From: Fistulifera solaris
Lineage: Eukaryota
Assembly: GCA_030295235.1 (NCBI GenBank)
Contig: AP026124.1
Coordinates: 1,426,001 to 1,490,000, forward strand
Length of the DNA: 64,000 nt
Direction of reading: 5' to 3'
Shown here piece by piece: positions 39,194 to 51,656 of this stretch; the stretch's first letter is position 1; the number at the start of each line of letters is the position of its first letter. Under the pieces are notes generated by a model. It was not told where the DNA came from, ran no database searches, and saw only the letters and a list, made by a program, of their open reading frames with translations. A program made the translations under genes and the position numbers.

Positions 39194-39453
39194 CGTAGTA
39201 CGTAGCTACGTAGCACTGAAAAGTAATCTTGCGGACGCGACTACAACAAGTTGAGGCTTCCTGTGAGTACCGCTACGCGCTAGAGAGTTATGGTCGGAGT
39301 TTACCGCCTCTTTCTCCTCCACCTCGTCCGGATGTTGTTGACTTTTTCAACCCTCTATCTTTTTGACCCTCAACCTTGGACAAACAGTCCGTGTCTTCAC
39401 TCTGCCTCTTTCTAAAAGCGATTCTCGGTCTACTGTTTAACTTCTAAGCAGAT

Positions 39454-40466
39454 ATGAATCAACGCATACGATATGATGGTTCTAGCGCCGATGAAGAACA
39501 ACCGAGCGAATCCAAACCTCGTCCTGTTTTGATTTCAGTATCGCAGGGTTCATCTGCCGTTGCTGAATCGGAAGTAACCCACGCGCATCCTCCGATACAT
39601 GCTTCTGATTCCTTCGATCCCTTCGGAATTGGTGAATTACAGCAACAGCCGTCAAAGGCAGTGCCTTTCATTAAACCGCCCCCGAATGTGAGCCGCTTGA
39701 GTCGGACCAACAAAATTCTGCCGCCCAAAATGCTAATCAAGCTTACAATACACGAGCAGGTTTCGTCGGTGGCGAAGCCAGGAAAAGAACGTGAGGGAAC
39801 TTCAGAAGTCACCATAGATGGCACCATATATGCTCAAGTGCAATGCAGTGACGCGAATCGAAATGCACCTTTCTCTCTAAAGACGGGAGAATTAAGTTCC
39901 GGAACGTTGACTTTGTATCCCAATCAAGACTTTTCGGCTTCTCCGACAAAATGTGATGCAATTGAAGTTCCGAAGAAAGACGTTGGATACGTACCGGTTG
40001 CTTTCTATACCATAATGGACGAGATCGAGCACATGCCGGTTCTTCTCGAACGAAAGGTGACTGTGCAAGAAAAGTCCGTTCGAATTGCCATCCAAGTTCG
40101 ATCCAAATTATCCAATTTAGGAAAATGGAAGATTTTTCGATTGCATTGGCTATTCCAGAACGAATAGATGGCAACTCTGTGGAAGTGGTCCGGGGGGAGG
40201 GGCAATACGATGAGCTCAAGCGGACTGTTATTTGGAAGCTAGCATCGCTCAACAAGGGGGGAAAGTTTTATGGTCAGTGCTAACGCAAACTTATGGACAG
40301 TATTGGGCCTTGACGAAGATGTACAATTTCCGGTGATTCTTCGGTGTAGTTCTTCAGCGGACCACATCAGCTCGCTCGACGTGCAGGTTACCGAATGTGC
40401 TGAACATCCGGCCTCTTTGACTACACAAAAATTCATTCCTTTCAACTACTGCATCGCTTGACGTAG
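39454..40466 (+). CDS. Mu-homology-domain (adaptin mu/muniscin-like) protein; ends approximate
   Basis: DPF motif; KLTIHEQVSS...EVTIDGTIYA; later G.YDELKRTVIWKLASLNKGESF in a shifted frame. Confidence 0.55.
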
Positions 40467-40573
40467 AGAATATCAACTATCCTAATGATCGTGCTTGTAT
40501 GACTAGAGCTTTTAAATCAACGCTTGCAATAAATGAAGGTGAAATTGAATTCTGTTAGAGTTTATCGAAGTAG

Positions 40574-42122
40574 TTACTGCACACCAGTCTCGACCATCAT
40601 GCAATCTTCTTTTCCGTCAGACTCAATTTTCCCTTCTCCGTCATTTGTCGAATTAACCCTTGACAGGGCTTCGCTACATGCCTTTGCGAAAGCACAGATA
40701 GCTTCGACAACCTCAGGACGGACCCGAGTTACAACTTGCTCAGAAACTTCTTTACCTTCAGCTTCAGCGTGGGAGCGCTTTCGCGATTCAGCTTTTTCGA
40801 ATAGCCCACATTTTTCTAAAACGTAGTCTCTCGTCTGAAGGAACTTTCGAGAAACGCACTCGTCACATTCCCAATCGCCTTCGGGAATTTTCGCTAACTT
40901 TGGACGAAGACAAGTAGCATGATACTCTTTGTTGCATCCATCGCAAATTAGCAAGCTCCCACCATCACCACAAACGCAGCAAGCATCGACGCTATTCTCA
41001 ACGTTGTTGAACCGTTCCATTCTCTCTTCGCAGCATACTGTTTTGAGCAATCGATAACCCTCAGATGCTTTGAAGGTTCCCAAATAGTAAGCTAGAGCTG
41101 TCTTTATTGGAATGCCCATCTCGTTCGCAACAGACGACATATTCTTGCGTTTTTGAAAATCAAATCAGCAAACTGTTTTCTGGTCTGCTGATCCCAATCG
41201 GAGCCATCGATAGGTGTCAAATTCTTGGCAGCATCCTTGAATGCGTCCACATCGAAGTTCTTTTCCATCAGAAGAATGTACGCTTCTTCTCGGACGTTGT
41301 AAGGAACAGTTTTCATGAGTTCATCAACATCTAGTCCTTTTTCGAGGGCCGCGGCGGCACTCCATATAAGGTCCGACCTAAACAGCATTAGTCGAGACAG
41401 AGTTGGCATCCACCTTCATCTTTGCAATACGTACCTTGCTTGACATTCTTCCTCCGCATAAACCCCAGCCTTCGGTAAACTATCGACTTGGAAGTCAGGC
41501 CCTACACTGCTGCTCTTAGTTGGGTAATGTCTTCCTCCACGCTTCCAACTAAGATCAATGTCGTCATCATCAGCAACGCTTGATGTCTCGCTTTTCAAGC
41601 CTTCCTTGGAGCGCAAACGTCGTGCCGGAAATTTCGGTGAGAGTACTGGCTTCTTGGACAGCTTGTTCACTCCTCTCCGCAACAAGTCAGCCACGGAAGA
41701 CTCTAGGTCGTTGCGCCTTTCATTAAGGCGATCTACGACGTCCTTGATTCTGCTATAGTAGTCAACGCCTTTCACGCCCGTGCCTGGGTCAATATCCTTA
41801 GGAACAAAAACTAGTTCATCGTTGAACAGTTGCTGTGGAAAAGTTCGGTTAGAACAAACAAATAATGGAAACGTCCATGGCTATGGTTCGGAGAAAACCT
41901 AGACAAATGGTCTGTCCGTCTTCATAAACGTACCTTCGACCATCCGCCCGAAAACAGCGCTGGCCAAGCCACCGTGTGAAATACCTCAATGACCTTTTCC
42001 TTTTCAATGTGCTTTGCAAAACCAGAATTCATGCCATCTTTAATTTCTTCAGCCTTTATTTTTGGATTATTGTCAGATGCAACATCCTCTTTGCTTTCGA
42101 GTGTTGGAGTAGCAACATCCAT
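40574..42122 (-). CDS. Chromatin protein with ELM2-like, SANT-like and PHD finger domains
   Basis: SVGPDFQVDSLP (ELM2-like), WDQQTRKQFADLIF...ALAYY (SANT-like), CCVCGDGGSLLICDGCNKEYHATCLRPKLAKIPEGDWECDEC (PHD). Introns about 41835-41933 and 41378-41434. Confidence 0.8.
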
Positions 42123-42364
42123 TGCTGCCTTGCTAATGATTAATGATTTCAAAAAAAATAAAGTGCGACGAGTTTTTTGTTTTGCCTGGATCGCGAAGCG
42201 ACGCGACGTTTTGGCACCGCCGCCATGACTCATGACTCATGACTGAATGATAGTCGGAAATATCTTGCTTGCAGTGCAATAAGGCTTCGAAATACTCATA
42301 AAACAACAACAAAAAATAGGAGTAATGATAATACTACGTAAGCCTTGCGAAAAATACTTAGACA

Positions 42365-43160
42365 ATGAACGCGAGTGATAAACCATTGTCTTTGCTAAAA
42401 TGCCTAGTGACTGGCGCCTCTTCTGGCATTGGAAGAGAGACTTGTCGAGTGTTGTCATCACAAGGGGCTCAAGTTGTGGGAATCGGGCGAAATGAGGTAG
42501 CTCTTTCTTCACTGAAAAGTGAAGGTGCAATCGTCGCATTTCTTGTAGCGGATTTGACAAAACCAGGAGAATGCGAGCGGATCGTTACCGAAGCATCATC
42601 TATATTAGATGGATTAACGACAGTTGTGAATGCTGCAGGAGTGTTGAAAGGTGGCGGATTGGGTAAAATCGATCTTGCTAATTATCACTACAACATGACT
42701 TGCAATACACAAGCGCCTTTTGAAATCATGGTCTACGCCATTCCTTTTTTGAAGAGAAGCAAGGATCTTTTCCCATCCATAGTTAATGTTAGCTCGGTGA
42801 ACGGCAAGCAATCCTTTGCCGGCTGCGCCACTTACTGCATGAGTAAAGCTGCACTCGATCAGCTTACGCGATGTGCTAGTGTCGATCTTGCCGCGGATGG
42901 CATTCGAGTCAACTCGGTAAATCCTGGTGTGATCAAAACCAACTTACAAAAAAGCAGGAGGGCTTTCCGATGAACAATATCATGAATTTCTTGCTCGCAG
43001 TATCGAAACGACACACCCTATCGCTGCCAGTTTGGGAAGAGTGGGCGAACCTGCGGAAGTTGGGGAGCTGATTGCATTTCTCGTTTCAGATAAAGCCAAG
43101 TTTATCACCGGAGAGTGCATTGCTATCGATGGTGGCCGCCAGAATCTAGGAGCACGATAA
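42365..43160 (+). CDS. Short-chain dehydrogenase/reductase
   Basis: TGASSGIG, NAAG, NVSS, YCMSK, GIRVNSVNPG; C-terminal ITGECIAIDGG after a frameshift near 42953. Confidence 0.92.
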
Positions 43161-43229
43161 TTATATTGCCGCATTCTCGATATGTTCGTTTCTAGTAACA
43201 ATCAAATTACAAATACCCGGGAATTATGA

Positions 43230-46200
43230 TCATTGTATAGAGCGATTTTTCTGCTGAGTTGCCAGAATATGCGGTGCGCCTTCACAACCTTCGGTGCTAA
43301 GCTTTCTTAGTGAATCTTCAACTAGTGCTGTCTTCCAGACCTTAGTTTTAATCATCCGCGCAGATAACTCAGCGACTTGACTTGAGCTCGAGGTAGAAAT
43401 ACCGAGAGATATGATGCTACTGAGAGTCTTGACTTCCGTGCATCTTCTCTTGAGGGCACACAGGCCATGATGTGACCAGGATTGGATGTCTGCGGCTAAT
43501 GAAAGGTACGAGCGCACAATTCGCCAACGACTTTCGAAGCTTTCGTCGCTCGTAAGCGCGCAATTCAGAACATCTGAGGACGACTTATCCAAGTCAAACA
43601 CTGCGACAAAGAGCATTCTTAGATTCTCTTCTGGAGGTATTTCCTTGCCCATATCACCCGACAGCACCTGAAAAGCCTTACTCGCCTCCTCAATCAAGGG
43701 CATGACTTGATCTATGCCTAGCAACTTTGACATAACACCCGAAAGTTTGTTCGCAGCATCGATACAATGTTCGACTAATTGTGCTGCATCGTTTCGGTTT
43801 GGCCTTTTCAAATCAGTTGGGAATAATTCTTTCCCAACGCTCGGCTCCAATTTCGTCCAGAGCGCTCTTTGACTTTCAATTATTTGTTGACACATGCTCC
43901 CACTCTGTTTAAGTCCATGTTCAACTCCAAGTGAAGTGGCAACGGTTAGGACCCGGCGATCAAGGTGTACGGGCGACAGCAATTCTAATGCTTTTTCCAA
44001 ATGTTCTTCTAACCACTTCCGCAAAACGTCATTGCAACACGCGACCAGTACGTCTTCTGTGCGATTAATAGTTCCATTCTCAGCTGGACAGCGAGATCTC
44101 ATTACCTCTTCGATTTTTCTTTGAAATTTTTCGACTGGCAATTTCTTGAGTAGTCGAGAAACAACAAATTCACAGATTAGCTTCATTTCCGGTTGCCGGT
44201 GAAAAAATCCATCCAACAAACTTGTTCTCAATATATCTTCAGGTGTAGAATACTCTTCTACTCCTTTAACGTTCCTAGGAGACGAGCTCGTGACATGACT
44301 TAGAATGGACGGCCTTAATTTTCTGGAGACACCGGGGCTCTTGGTCGATTTGTTGCTTTTCCGAGAAATGCTAGAAACGAGTGAACGCAAATCTTCGAGA
44401 TGCGCTATGGATAAAAATATCGCATTTGAAGGGATTGTCGCAAAAACATCAGCCTTTTTGCGTTCTGTAGACATTGCTGGAAGAGAGCAAGGTGAAAGTT
44501 TGGACGCTGCTGCAACACCGACTGCATTTGCGAAGAAGCTCTCCACGGCTAAAGCTACATGACACCAACTCACATCAGAAGCTTCCTTCGCCTTAGCTTT
44601 TTGCAATTGCCGCAAGATTGAAAGTACTTCGACGTACGTCTGTGACTTCATAGCTGATATGTCCCAAGAGCTCATCTGAAGTAGCTCTATGATCCAAGGT
44701 ACTATGAGATGTAGCTTATTGTTCAATAGCGCACTTTCGATAACGGAAATAACACACAGTCCGCATCCCTTAAGCTGCAGTAGCGCATCTAAGGCGGGAT
44801 CGGCGCTTAGATGTTCGGTAGTTGTTCCAATAGATCTCCAGTTGGGAGAGAAAAAAAGCAATCCAATATACCGAGCAAGCATAGACATCTCCAATAGCTT
44901 TGTTTCGCTTGATGCATCCTCATCAATTATCTTTGTCATTTTGTTAATTATGACGGATCTCAGATGAATGGCGAAGATGTACGAGTCAGCGGAAAGAATG
45001 AACAGAAAGAAAAACTCTTGGTGCCCAGGGAACAAATGCAAAGCCTCCGACCGAGGAGAGTTGGTGCCACGAGCAGGATCTGCTGCAACCTTGTGTGAGC
45101 TACTTCGACTCTGCGATGAGGACTGTGAGAATCGTTGATGAAGCTTTTGCAACTTGTCCTTGTCTGCGATTTCTAAAAGTTCTTTGTCCGTTTCTTGCAG
45201 CGGAACCAAACCAATTTGTAGTAGTAAATCCACAAAAGAGACGAAAACCAAGTATAGTTGGTTTCCATGAGACCCTCGATCACCGATCTTGACGACCGCT
45301 GGATCGACAGAAGTGATTTCTCCACTTTTGAGGCATCGAGGACTCTTCCTCGTACACTAAGAAACGATCTTAGCTGATATAAGAATGCATCTCTGCTAGC
45401 TTCCCTGTTCATGTAAATAAGCTGCTCTTCAGGTGAGCGGAAGTTGTGTCGTGAATCTCTTTGTTCGTCAAACGGCAGACTCAGTAATGCTGTCTGATTG
45501 CTTTTAAAAGATGAGGGTAACGTGCCGTTCCGACCCCACGCTTTCAACAGGCGGTCGCATTCATTATAAACGGAGGGAACGAGCTCCAGAAGAGGTGGAC
45601 ACCGAGCAAGAGTCTCCCACATAACAGGCCCAAGACCATACAAAATCTTTTCTTGGCATCGAATTGATTCTGAAGCAAAGTAGATGCACGAGGAATTGTC
45701 GACAAGAATATGACCCAGTGGACTCTTTGACGAAAGTCCGTTTTTGGTTTCACTTGGAAGGACAAGTAGCCGAAATAGCAAATGAAGTTCAAGGGGAGTC
45801 GAAGGAACAAGGCATGAATCGATTAACGCCGAATAAACAGCAACCAGATGTTTTAGTGCTATAGCTTCCGACAAACCTTCGTTCTTCTGAGGGGTGAAAG
45901 CAGGCTGAAGCGGTCTGTCTCCGTCATCTTTCCACTTGAACGTGCCTGACTTTTCAGGAGTCACCGGAGCACTCGCACATCGACCTAAGACATTACTAGA
46001 CGCGGAACTGCCAGGTTTCGATGCAAATGCTTTGGCAAACTGTTTCTGTGTTGGTACATCGAGCGGTTCTTCTGATTTCAAATCAACCAGATTACCTTTC
46101 GACACCGCCCATACTGATGCATTGAAAGCCGGTGTTAACGTGGCTGGGCGAATTCGTCGTTTGTTCCCTTTCTGAGAAGAAATTTTCGTCATCAATGTAG

Positions 46201-46498
46201 TATCCTTTTTCGACTTGACGGAGAGAGCGGGAAAAGATTCCTCGAATGACGGTGTTGTTTGTTTATTGTTTGTATCTTCGAGAAAAGGGCGACATGCATC
46301 TCGTACGCCGTTGAGTAAGGCAAGTGACGTCTCCACGCGATTATTGCAGCTGTAAGTTCCACAAAAACTCTCACTTTCTCCAGAGAGCCATGATATAAGT
46401 AGATGCGTTGTTTCGGGACTCTCCAGAGCTTCAACGGCATTTTCAATAGCACGAAAGCGATGGCAAGGACAAGCATCCACTTTTTCCGATTGAACCAT
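43230..46498 (-). CDS. CDAN1: Codanin-1-like protein
   Basis: SFEESFPAL, KRRIRP, YSALIDSCLVPSTPLELHLLFRLL, DSRHNF...NREASRDAF, FPGHQEFFFLFI..ADSY.F, FFHRQPEMKLICEFVV. Two ORFs joined by a frameshift near 45250. Confidence 0.75.
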
Positions 46499-47114
46499 TG
46501 TCTGTTCGATGCTGTCAGTTTGCCCACGCCACAACAGTCGTTATAGTTTCTCTATTCAAAGTACAACTGAGTAATTTATTGGCATGGCAGAAGCTCTTGC
46601 TTTGTTGAATCAAAAGAATGGTTCGCTCGTGGCGTCGTATGTGTATAATGTGATGCGATGATTGTTTTTCCCTGGGTCGTTCTTTTTTTGCAATTAGGCG
46701 CCACAAATCAACAAGTAATTAAGGTTGTGGTTTGTGGCGAGGCACTGTATATCAGACTGTAGGCGACCTTTTCCAGTTACTCAACTTTACCAAGTCCGAC
46801 TTGTTTTCGCCCAGTTAGCTTCGCGTTATATCTTTCAACCACGGTGCCGTAGATACACCATTCAATAATGACGGGTCGATTATAGATCGAAGTGAAGTAA
46901 CTAAAAGGTAATTCATAACCAACTTTGCAAACTTAAACTGTGGTGATTCTGGCTTCAAATATTTCTGGTGATAACGTATACCGTCTCACAACGGTTACGC
47001 CCAATTAGTCATGTTAAGGTTTTCACACGTTAAACCTTGCTATGTCAAGGTTTCATACAAATGTATTAACCAGGGACACGCCATGATCTAAATCAACGAG
47101 CATCAATCTTTGAC

Positions 47115-47885
47115 CTACCCCCGCCCAACAAATGGCTGAGTGGTTGGCATAACGACAAGCTCAAGTATAGTTGTAGTGGGTGGCATCACTACCATTGTTA
47201 ACACACATTCTGCGACATTGTTGGCGTCCATAAAACCTTCATGTTGACGCGCTTGAATCATCTCCTGCGTCAGCAGATCACTTGAGACATTTCCAGGATG
47301 GATGATACCCACCGAAATACCGTGTTCGCGTCCATCTAAAGCGAGCGAGCGACTCAAGCCGTTCAGTGCAAACTTTGAAGTCGTATAAGCAGTAGAGTCA
47401 GGTCGTGGCGACATCGCTGAAAGACTTCCAACGTTGATGATTCTGCCACCATTCGGCATATACTTAAACGCTTCACGGGAGCATAAGAAAGGTCCGAGCA
47501 CATTAACTTTCATGACCCACTCAAAGTCGTTTGATGTTAAATTTGAAAGGGGTTTGTCGACGTTGGTTCCGGCATTGTTGATTAGAATATCAATGCGATG
47601 GCCGTCAATTCCTTGAATGCGCATGAAGAGGTCTTTCACGGAAGTTTCATCCGTTACATCACACGAGAAAGTCTCCACAGTGGGAATATCGTTCGCATCG
47701 TTGTTGTCAGTCGTAAGATTCCTTTTGATGTTTGCGGCGGCTTCTTTCAAGCTTTCCAAGTTCCGCCCTGTCAACACGACCGAAGCACCTGCCTGCGCTA
47801 ACTTGTTGGCAATGGCTTGGCCGATTCTGCCGCTAGCGCCTGTGATGAGAGCCCGTTTTCCCTTAAGAACGGATATTGTGGACAT
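47115..47885 (-). CDS. Short-chain dehydrogenase/reductase
   Basis: TGASGRIG, INNAG, IINVGS, YTTSK, IHPG. Confidence 0.92.
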   Translation of the reverse strand: MSTISVLKGKRALITGASGRIGQAIANKLAQAGASVVLTGRNLESLKEAAANIKRNLTTDNNDANDIPTVETFSCDVTDETSVKDLFMRIQGIDGHRIDILINNAGTNVDKPLSNLTSNDFEWVMKVNVLGPFLCSREAFKYMPNGGRIINVGSLSAMSPRPDSTAYTTSKFALNGLSRSLALDGREHGISVGIIHPGNVSSDLLTQEMIQARQHEGFMDANNVAECVLTMVVMPPTTTILELVVMPTTQPFVGRG

Positions 47886-48250
47886 TATTTTTTTTAATTG
47901 GTTCCTTGCATAGCGTTTTTTCCAATAAAAAAGTACGGAATAACAATAAAATAATGTTGTGGTGAGTGGTGAAACAGTTCCGAAGACCAAAGAAAATAGT
48001 TTTGAGTACCGGTAGGGTCTTGTCCTGGACTGGGACGAAATAATATCGCATCGTCATAACCAATCGGGCATCTCTAAATTTAGCGGTCACCAATCTGAAA
48101 AGTATAGCAGTAATGGCTTGACATCTTTCTGTTTCGATTGAATTAAACGCCATTTGAATTATCTTCTATCTTATTCGACAGGAAACGTCAATACACTTGT
48201 GTTTCGATAAACATTATTATTGTATCAAAAATTCATCGAATGTCGTATCT

Positions 48251-48333
48251 GCAACTTTGTCCGAGTTGGTCTAAGGAGGTGGTTTCAAGCACCACTGTAT
48301 TCGTACGCATGGGTTCGAATCCCATAGGTTGCA
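48251..48333 (+). tRNA. tRNA-Leu-CAA: tRNA-Leu (anticodon CAA)
   Basis: Acceptor GCAACTT/AGGTTGC+A; anticodon arm GTGGT-TTCAAGC-ACCAC; long variable arm; T-arm ATGGG-TTCGAAT-CCCAT; T-rich terminator follows. Confidence 0.95.
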
Positions 48334-49764
48334 AAATTTTGTTTTGATTTTGAGGGAGCTAAAGGTCTAATCTACGTAGTAGCTGTTCTTGGTACAACAG
48401 CGAATATTACGTGGTACAATTGCTCCTAGTTTACTGTAATCTGCCTTTAAACTTAAAACCAGGTACCATCTGTCCGCTGCATTATATGTTATCCTTGATC
48501 GTCATTATTGGGACAGTGACAGCACTCCAGCTGGGTCAAACCGACAAAGCCCGGAATGCCAGCTACAAGTAGTTCGGCTGGGACAAATTGCTTTGAAGCT
48601 ATCAATGGTGTATCCAGTATCCAGTGAAGCCGTAAGCTCTAGGCCAAGTGCGGTAGATATTAAGGGTTTTCACTACAAGAATGATTTTTTACATTGTTGC
48701 ATCATGCTAATTATGTTATCTCTGTAACTACACAACAGTCGGGACGGACGTTCGATTCGACAAATCTTTCAAACTAGATGTCGAATTCTCATCCAAATTT
48801 TTGTCCATCCGTGTGCTTTTCTTTGTGTATTTTCTTGTTGTAGCTTTGCCCCAAAACAGATGTCGCAACAAGGTTATCTTTGCTGTTATCGTCGCGTTCA
48901 TTTTTTACATGATCAACTGTCAAACCCATGCCGGCCAGAGAAATTTGGTTCTGGATTTCATAGCACAAACGACTGAAAATGTACCGCGTGCGCGAACCAT
49001 TCACATCTTCTATGTCGACCGTTTTTTGAAACCATCCATCTTCATACCAAGTCTCAGTGATACTGAGCATTCCATCAGGACCCACCCAAATATATTCCAG
49101 GTGTTCTTCCGGATAGCGATCTCATGTTGCATAATCAACCTTGACATTGGGATCGATGCGCTTTAGATCGAAACACTGGGCAAAGAAACGAGAAAGAGAA
49201 CGGTGAGAGCTTTAACACCAACACAAATGACAGCGAAGTTGGCGCAATACGCATAGAGGGTCCAAATTTTCTGCCCGATGATTGTCTTCCCATGGAATCC
49301 ATCTGAACACGCCGGATGTCGTTATTCGATCGGTGACTGTCGTGCTGACAAATGTGACCCGCAGGTCGAGATCCAACGAAGGCGGTCAAGTTGAGGTGTC
49401 CAATCGCAAATCTACAAGCCCGACCGATTTGTTCACTTCGAAATGTGGCATATCTTTTGCACCTCGCGCCGGTGTCGATTAGCATACTCCCGAATGTCCG
49501 AATCAAGTACACTTCATAGAGCTCTATGAACTCCTTGAAGTCAGACCGAGCTCGATTCTTTTCCGCAATTACACATCGAACACCTATAATTTCTGTGTCT
49601 CCGTTAAAATTTTTTGGATTGCAATGGCTTTGCTTACAAAGCGAAAATGCACCCAAATCACGCAATCGATATTGCATATCAAGTAGACGACTGGAAAAAC
49701 GTAGTATTCAAACCCCAGCCCTGTGCCTGAAATGGCATAATCAACTTCAAAGATTGCTTTCTCA

Positions 49765-50410
49765 TCCACAAAAAGGAATTCGGCAAAGATTCATCCTACG
49801 CTCCACATATCTGCCGGGGAGGAATATTCCGTCGAACCGAGAAGAAGCTCCGGAGATTTGTACCACAATATAATCGCTTGCGGTGATAAATGTGGGCATA
49901 CCATACATGCGCGCTAAACCAAAATCTGCCAATTTTATGGTTCCGTCTCTTAGAAACAACATGTTGTTTGAGATCCAGCGCATGAGAGATATGCGTTGCC
50001 TTCCAACTCCAAAAATGAATCCTCCGTTTTTCTTACGGAGTTTCAAATCGCGGAGTTATATCCACCGATCATAACACGCTGCTATAGAGGTCAACAGGGA
50101 TTTCATATGTTAGACACAGAAATGGCTTTGTTCGATAGGATTTTTTTAACTTCGGTAAACACACACTCGTATACGAGGCAGACTCCCAAATCAGGTGTGG
50201 TAAAGCAGTCGACTAACTCGATGATGTTTTTTCGTGTTTGAATGCTCGCAATAATCTGATCTCTCGTACGGCAGTAAAGTTGATACCTTCTTCGGGTCGT
50301 TTGGATTTGATCTTTTGATGGCAACGATGCGAGCGGAAGCGATTTGCATAGCCAAAAGTGAACGACACCCCGTGTTCGCTGGCCCAATGCTTTTTGTAGT
50401 TCTCGTACCA
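49765..50410 (-). pseudogene. CDK7/CDKD-like kinase pseudogene, 3'-truncated
   Basis: RIVAIKR, EGINFTAVREIRLL (CDK7 NFTALRE signature), NIIELVD, I*LRDLK (stop, HRD lost), [30 protein letters not shown]. In-frame stops and frameshifts outside homopolymers. Confidence 0.8.
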
Positions 50411-50442
50411 GGTACAATCGTTTTCAGATGCTACAAGTGCTT

Positions 50443-50480
50443 GTACCAGGTACCGGTACCGGTACGGTACGGTACGGTGC
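50443..50480. repeat. GGTAC/GGTACC microsatellite-like array
   Basis: GTACCAGGTACCGGTACCGGTACGGTACGGTACGGTGC; a related array lies at 54938-54960. Confidence 0.8.
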
Positions 50481-50663
50481 CGAGTATCATTCTTCGTCTA
50501 ACCTTCGCCCGTTTCGCCATCTGTCATTTTCGTGAAAATGAAAAAATAACAAAATATCGACGAGTAGACTACCAGTAGTATTAATAATCACAAAGACTGG
50601 TCTTCTTATCACACCTTTTCATGTCACCACGTTTTTCTTCTTGCAAGTCACTCAATAGATACA

Positions 50664-50942
50664 ATGTCACTTCGAAGGCCACCAACGCGGATCGAGCTTA
50701 AAGCTGATGACATCGAAGAGTTCGACAAGGTAGGCGTGAAACGTATACAAGGTGTAAGAAAACCTGACCCCGTTATGTTAACTAACACCGACAATTTTGT
50801 TCAGGTTCGCAAAGAGGAAGCTTACACTCTCTTTCAAGTAAAGAATGATCACGCTGATGCAAGGACGCCCCACACGCAAGCCAAGAAAATGGCGGCACTC
50901 TCTCGTATCGGAGTGACAGGCCGATTGCCCGAGAAACGGTAA
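50664..50942 (+). CDS. CDC26: Anaphase-promoting complex subunit CDC26 (APC12)
   Basis: MSLRRPPTRIELKADDIEEF N-terminal signature and RIG near the C-terminus; in-frame intron 50730-50804. Confidence 0.8.
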   Translation: MSLRRPPTRIELKADDIEEFDKVGVKRIQGVRKPDPVMLTNTDNFVQVRKEEAYTLFQVKNDHADARTPHTQAKKMAALSRIGVTGRLPEKR

Positions 50943-51143
50943 GGTCGAGGTGCGCCTTAATTGAATGTGAAGTCTATTTTGGCTTGTGACTGTAGCAGTG
51001 TGTGAAGCAGGCAGATTACACGTCATTTATTAGAATCTGTGTTTAAGACCTGAACGGAACGTTCGACGGAATCGTTGGCATTGTCTCCTCAAGTATAATC
51101 CTTCTATCGTTTAGGCTAACGAAACATGCAGGGTGCCATACTT

Positions 51144-51656
51144 TTAAATTCGATATTCTGGAGCACTGAGGTCGATCGTTTGCGGTAGAGAATTAGACAC
51201 TTCGTCGAATGTCCCCGTGGACGGAATTCCTATTTGATTTCCTAGCCATCCAGGACCCAAGATGACATTCATACTGAAGAAGAAAGCGATTGCTGCTGCA
51301 AGAATATATGTAAATACATTGATTCCGAACATCTACGTCGCCTCGCAAGGTGAGATTCGTCGAATCAATGTTGATATCAAAATTTAGTAAAATGAATATG
51401 AATATTCGCCACGCACCCGTTGTATTACCATCCAGTTTGATGGCTTTCCAGCTTCGATTTCTGCTAGTGTCGCTTCATCCAGTTCTTCATCACTAAGTTG
51501 GATTAAATTACGATTATCTTCGTTGTTGAGCTGCCCATGAAGGACGCATTGCGTTTTCATTTGTAAGTGAGCTGAAAGGGAATGCGAAAAAGCGTCAATC
51601 GTCGACCCTGGTATCTGAAACATCAGAATTATCTTGAGTAGCAATAAGTTCCTCAT
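51144..51656 (-). CDS. Small plastid-targeted membrane protein, unknown function (2 exons)
   Basis: Signal peptide ending in IDAF; GTGCGT donor near 51416; TM segment INVFTYILAAAIAFFFSMNVILGPGWLG. Confidence 0.6.

Noticed and set aside
47010..47060. Short AAGGTTT/AAACCTT inverted and direct repeats 3' of the second SDR
   Set aside because: Too short and AT-rich, with no second copy in the window.
50730..50804. Stop-free in-frame introns (CDC26, 75 nt; DUF285 gene 17795-17860, 66 nt) as regulated intron retention
   Set aside because: Short 3n introns lack stops by chance reasonably often; both have ordinary splice signals and there is no expression evidence.
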